A stretch of 64,000 nt of DNA from the human T2T-CHM13v2.0 reference genome, Homo sapiens: NCBI RefSeq assembly GCF_009914755.1, contig NC_060930.1; one strand, given 5' to 3'. A model generated the notes under the pieces. That model saw only the letters and a list, made by a program, of their open reading frames with translations. It ran no database searches and had not been told where the DNA came from. Shown here one piece after another: positions 58,149 to 64,000 of the stretch. Position 1 is the stretch's first letter. Every line of letters begins with the position of its first letter. The position numbers and the translations under genes are program-made.

Positions 58149-58392
58149 AGTGGTACAATCATAGCTCACTGTAACCTCTAACTCCTAGGCTCAAGGCATC
58201 CTTGTGCCTCAGCCTCCAAAGAAACCAGGGCTACAGGCACATGCCACCACACTCAGCTAATTTTTTTATTTTTCGTAGAGACAAGGTCTCCCTCTGTTGC
58301 CAAGATTGGTCTTGACCTCCTGGCCTCAAGTGATCCTCCTGCCTCAGCCTCCCAAAGTGCTGGGATTCTACGTGTGCACCACCATGCCCAGC
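58149..58392 (-). mobile_element. AluJ-type SINE lacking its 3' end
   Basis: Antisense Alu from agtggtacaatcatagctcactg to accatgcccagc. Confidence 0.85.
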
Positions 58393-61300
58393 TTGCACTG
58401 GCTTTAAAATTAGAAAAAAATGACACACATGACCATCTTATTCACGATGTACTGGAAGGCCTACCCAGTATGATAGGAGAGCAAAACAAGAAAAGCTTCA
58501 AAAGGAGTATGATTAGAAAAAATATCACTAGTGTTCTTCATTCTAAACCCCAAAGAACCTATAGTAAATGTTTGGCATTTGTGCTCAGCAATGTTACTAA
58601 AACAAAACAACTAAAAAAGCTAATTGCATTTCTACGCACCAGAAACAAATAAGTAGAAATTAAAATTTTTAAATGATATTATTTACAGAAGTAAAAACGA
58701 TGGGGAAAATGTAAGCAGCGTGGACGAGGCACTGAATGTCTCAAAGAAGATGAGACACGCAAGAAGGTAGGTGGCTGAGTTGCCATGATAAAAGGCTGTG
58801 GTCAAACAGGATAATTGAATTTAAGATTCCAGAGGTGAAGCCACTCTGTGTGATGACAAGGGCCAAGGCATTCAGCAAATGGCTGAACAGAAGCAGAGGT
58901 ACCAGTAACTTCATCATTTCCTTCTAAGAGGTATTGGACAGGAGAATCTGTTTGTAGGCATGGAGAAGAGTCCATAGGTCTTGTCGAGAGATTGTTTTAG
59001 TATGTTTTGATTCAGATCAGTAAATGTAGCAAAAATGCTTTCATTCTCATTTTTCTATAACGAATAAAAACATGTTTTGTTTGTATTTATTGTATGATCG
59101 TCTGGCTTAAGGGTGCAGAAGATGGAGAATGCAACTCCCAGACACAACCACCCAGGAAATAGTACTGGAAAAAAATCAGGAATATTTACTTTCAAAATTC
59201 ACAATTCTTATAACAAATAAATGTATCAACTACAAACATGTGCATGCTTGTGTTTTTGTGTGTATGTTTTGTGGGCAAACACTCTAAATCGGATTATAGG
59301 AAATTGCCATCTTTGTAGTCATATAAGTCAATATCAGCAATTGCATATTTTCATATTTTCTGGGTCTGCTATATGAAAATACTGACCAAGCTGAAAAGAT
59401 TGGTTTTACAGATAAAGGGGATGGGGTGTTACCACACTACTTTATGCTTTTACAGAAAAAAAAACAAAAACAAGCACGGCTAAGTGGCAATTATATTTTG
59501 CTACTATTGCCAATATGATTCTATTAACTATGTTAAGAAGCTATAAAGTAAAATATTTTGCTGGTTACTTCTTTAGTCAACTCGAGTAGATATTATCTCT
59601 TGACTAATGAATAAAGGTTCATTTGATTATAAAATGCAGTAGTATATTAGTGTGATCTTGGCGCATATTATATGTGGTACAATAGCTAACTGGCATAGAT
59701 TCTAATTCCGATGCTTTTATGTAGGCCTTGCTTCCCTATTAAAATTGGAAGTGTTAATTTGCCAGTAATCACTCCACTTTCTCCTATCGTCTAGCAAAAA
59801 GGACAGGCCCTTACTGCATGGATAAAATGTAGTAATGCATTTAGTGCTAGGCCATGATTTTAGACCTCCAGCTGTTTTACTGGTTGTGTAACTAAAAATA
59901 AGATAATGTTATGCTGGGTAACCACAGCTTTTGTAGGCATTCACATTTTACAAATCACTGCACAGTATGCAAACCATTATATTTTTTAAATGCTTAAATC
60001 CGACCTGGGAGTCTCACACTTCCATTATTAAAGAAGAGCTTGCTAGACTGTGAAGTGGTCTGAATCCTGGAAAGGGAAGCTGGTGGGCTGAGTTTATACT
60101 GTCCGAAAAATTCCTCCACACTACCCATCCCTGAAGCCCGGTTGAAAACAGGCATTCCTTGCCGTCAACGATGAAGAGCAGAATTGTCAAAGGTTGATGG
60201 GGTTTTTTATTTTTATTTTTATTTGATCTGTAAACCTCCTACTTACTCAAATAATGCAAACCAGAGAGCAGTATATTGAGCAAGAACAGTGGCGAGAAAT
60301 AGCATGCCTCTCTAAACAGGCTTACATTAAAAATGAAGGATCAGAGGAAAGAACTTTGCTGGTTCACATCATGCAAACACATAAAAGTCCTGTGATATTT
60401 ATACTTCTGTGATCTAATCAGAAGCCCAAAGCATGCTGTCTTTAACTGATTTATTTGTTTTGCATGAAAGCATTGATAAATAAGTAGAGCTATCCTGAGC
60501 CACATTTTTACAATGGCATCTGCTTTCAGAAATCCCAGTCATTCAGAACAAATGCTCCTGGAGCACAGTGTCCCACATAGACACAAATACTGGTAAGGAC
60601 TTGGTGAAACTGTACGGTATCTGAAATTGCTCTCAAGGTTCTATGGATGATTTACATTAAAAACAACAACAACCCGACGACGACAACTGAGATGGCCTTT
60701 AACTTCTCCAAACACTGCATCCCATATAGAAACCCGAGTTTATGTAGAGGCATCTAAAGCTCATATAAATGTGGTTGCATTCCCTACTTGGGCAGGGAAG
60801 ACAGAGATCCCTGGGAAGCGAAATGATTCAGGTGTCAGTCAATCAAGGCCAAATAAAAAGCAAAACGTGTGTAATTAGAAGTGCATACATGTCCAAGCAA
60901 TGTTAGCTGATTCTTAGATCCAAATTTTAACTCGCTTTTAATCACCGAGTGAGTAGTTGGGAGGCTGATCATAGGAATGGAAGAGAGAAAATAGGCTTGT
61001 CTGTGACTTCCAACCATTACAATGTTGGTCGAGGGGCCAGAGAGGAACCAAAGGGATTTGGGAGGGTGTATTTGAAAAATGAGACTTAGTATATAGGAAA
61101 TGAGATTAGAAATCACTCCATGTGTGAGCTTTTAGGAGTGGATTTCTATGTGGGATTGCTAGAGGGAGAGGGACAAGGTTATTGATTCTGTGAAAAAAAG
61201 TGAAGGTACAAAGATCAGTCAAAAATGTAGCGTTCCTGGGAATCCAGAAAAATTAAGGTGTATAAAACTCATCTTTTCTAACAAGTTCCTCATGTTCTTC

Positions 61301-61444
61301 AAGAGTGAAGACTAGAATCCCTTCCTTCCCCAGCCTTTGTCTCCTGCACAGGTACTGTTCGCTACTCTTAAGGATGCAAAACTGGGTCTTCCATTAAGGC
61401 AGGAATGGGCAGGACTCCGTTGGTCTAAAATGTATCTCCTATGG

Positions 61445-61930
<486 letters not shown>

Positions 61931-62435
61931 TCTTCAAGTTAATAGTACCAGACTGTCTGTACTTTCAATTCTTTCCACTCCAAAAAGGCAACTGGGAATG
62001 GTGAAACTAATTCTTCAAAATCATACCTATCCCCTTCACAAGGGACAAAATCAAATGTCAGAAGATAAAATGTCACAAGCCATGCTTTGGCATGGACATG
62101 AAGCACAGTCTGAGAGCCTGTCTGAGTGGACAAGAGGCTGTGGCTGAGGAGTGGCCAGTGACGAGCAGGGTGTGGACAGAGGCCTCACCTCCCCTCGGAG
62201 CGCCAGATGGCAAGCACAACTTCTCTTTGAGTCACCAAATCACTGAGTCACACCTTTCCTTTCTGGCTGACTCCAGCTTAATCCGAAGGGTGAGGTGAAT
62301 ATTCCCAGTCCTAAACTGAAGACTGTGCCTTTTTTTTTCTAGGGAAAATGAAAGACCTAAGGAACTTAGCTTGGGGTTTGGTTGTTCTTTTGAAGCTTAA
62401 CAATATCTGCATCTCAGGCCAAATTAACAATTCAC

Positions 62436-62811
62436 ATATATGTATATAAAAACATAAACATATATATACATTATATGTACATAAACATATATATACATAA
62501 ACATATATATACATAAACATATATATACACACACCATAAACATATATATTAAAAAACCATAAAACAAAAACAAAGGCCAACTTTTAACATATATAATGTA
62601 TAATACATATTATACATTATATATGCTTGACATGTTAAAGTATTATATAATACATATATATGTATTGTATATGCTTAACATATATGTTTAACATAGATAA
62701 TACATACATATTATATAACTATATATGTTTAATATACATATGCTTAATATATATGTTTAACATATATATGTTAAAGTTGGCCTTTGTTTTTGTTTTACGG
62801 GTTTTTTTAAT
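62436..62811. repeat. (TA/CATA)-rich low-complexity tract with ~47-bp inverted repeat arms
   Basis: Arms 62549-62595 and 62764-62810 are near-perfect reverse complements. Confidence 0.9.
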
Positions 62812-63797
62812 GTCCTAAAAAAGCCCTAGGGCCTTTGCAAGCATTTTCAAATAATGCCAAGTTCTTAACATTATCCTTTGAAGCCCTGCAAGTTCCAGCC
62901 AATTTGGCCCCTACTGTCTTCAAGTTTAAGTGCAACACTTTTACTTCAGAAAAATTAAACAACAGACATATGACATGAAGTCATCTAAGTATGTTGATGC
63001 TGTGTCTTCACATTTGCACCAGGTCCACAGATACGACCCCTCCACTCTCAGCCAATCCAGCTCCTAGGATTCAACGTTCTGAAATCCAGGCTCTTTTCGA
63101 TCAGCTCATTGAAAGCGCGTTACCTCTGCACTCTGCCCTATCCCCACCTTCCTGGCTGTCCCATGTCTCAGCCTAATGACAACATATTAACTAATTTACT
63201 TTATCAGTCTTGTGGTTGCTGGGAAAATATTTCACAGATTAGATAACTTATTGAAGAAGGCTGAAAGTGCCTCTTCTCTCTAGCCTTGTGGCAATTAGTA
63301 GTCACTCAGCCCACCTACAGTTTGGTTCCCATCTCTGGAAGGTGCCCGGATGTTCTGAAGCCCTTCCTCTCATTCTTCCTTAACTATGCCAGGTATTCTG
63401 GAAAACTGAAAGGCCAGAATAACATCTCATTTCTCTCCCACTTCCCCCAAAATATTATATTCATTGAGTAGAGAAGCTTTTGACAAGGAAAGTCTTCAAT
63501 AAACAAATAAAGCAGGCTTTTTTTAAAACTCTGAAGTTATCTCAAAGCAGATATCACATTCAAAAGATGATGAGAATTAGGCTTTCCCCCACCCACCAAT
63601 CACTCTACTGAAAGCCATTAATATTATTAGTTGCAAATCCATTAGGTTAAATTGCCTCATCACATTTTCTAGACCATGATCTAGGAAATGTAAAGATGAG
63701 GGGTAAAGAGTGAGGACAGATTCCCCTGGAAGAGAAGTTATGACCACTCAGCAGGCAAGATTTTTCTACTGAAAGGGGGCAGTTCAGTGGGATTCTC

Positions 63798-63827
63798 TTA
63801 ATGTGAAACCCTAGGGTTTCACATTAA
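63798..63827. repeat. Perfect 30-bp palindrome
   Basis: ttaatgtgaaaccctagggtttcacattaa equals its own reverse complement. Confidence 0.97.
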
Positions 63828-64000
63828 ACTTGTTAGTGTATAACTAGCACCCTTGCTTTTGCTAATTATATAAACCTGTTAGCTGCTATTATTTCTTGAC
63901 CATTTCTTTAGCCAGTGTTGCCCACTCCCTAAGTTTAAAAAAGTTACATAAAGTTGTATTCATACCTCATCAGTGGGTGATGCTTCTGTATCTTTGTCCT

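Overview
Human, AT-rich, repeat-dense DNA that is intronic or intergenic. A full-length AluYb8, a human-specific subfamily, fixes the species. I recognise no protein-coding exon, CpG island or functional RNA gene. The gene-derived features are a full-length RPL21 processed pseudogene (38157-38740, minus strand) and a U6atac snRNA pseudogene (46376-46498, plus strand). The rest is Alus, L1/L2/MIR pieces, solo LTRs, DNA-transposon fossils and microsatellites. The long ORFs in the track are L1 ORF2, RPL21 fragments, Alu read-throughs or low-complexity repeats. I found no convincing new biological system. The most unusual observations are structural: (1) a ~235-bp local copy pasted 1.5 kb downstream into an L2, whose Alu tail then expanded about eightfold; (2) a 12-copy 42-bp minisatellite inside a solo LTR, most units carrying a TAG|GTA splice motif; (3) one retrotransposition target apparently hit twice, by an L1 and by RPL21; (4) an AT-rich quasi-palindrome and a perfect 30-bp palindrome near the window end; (5) a young AluYb8 forming a close inverted Alu pair. 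Repeat subfamily names come from my recall of consensus sequences and need RepeatMasker/Dfam confirmation. Boundaries of old repeats are approximate.
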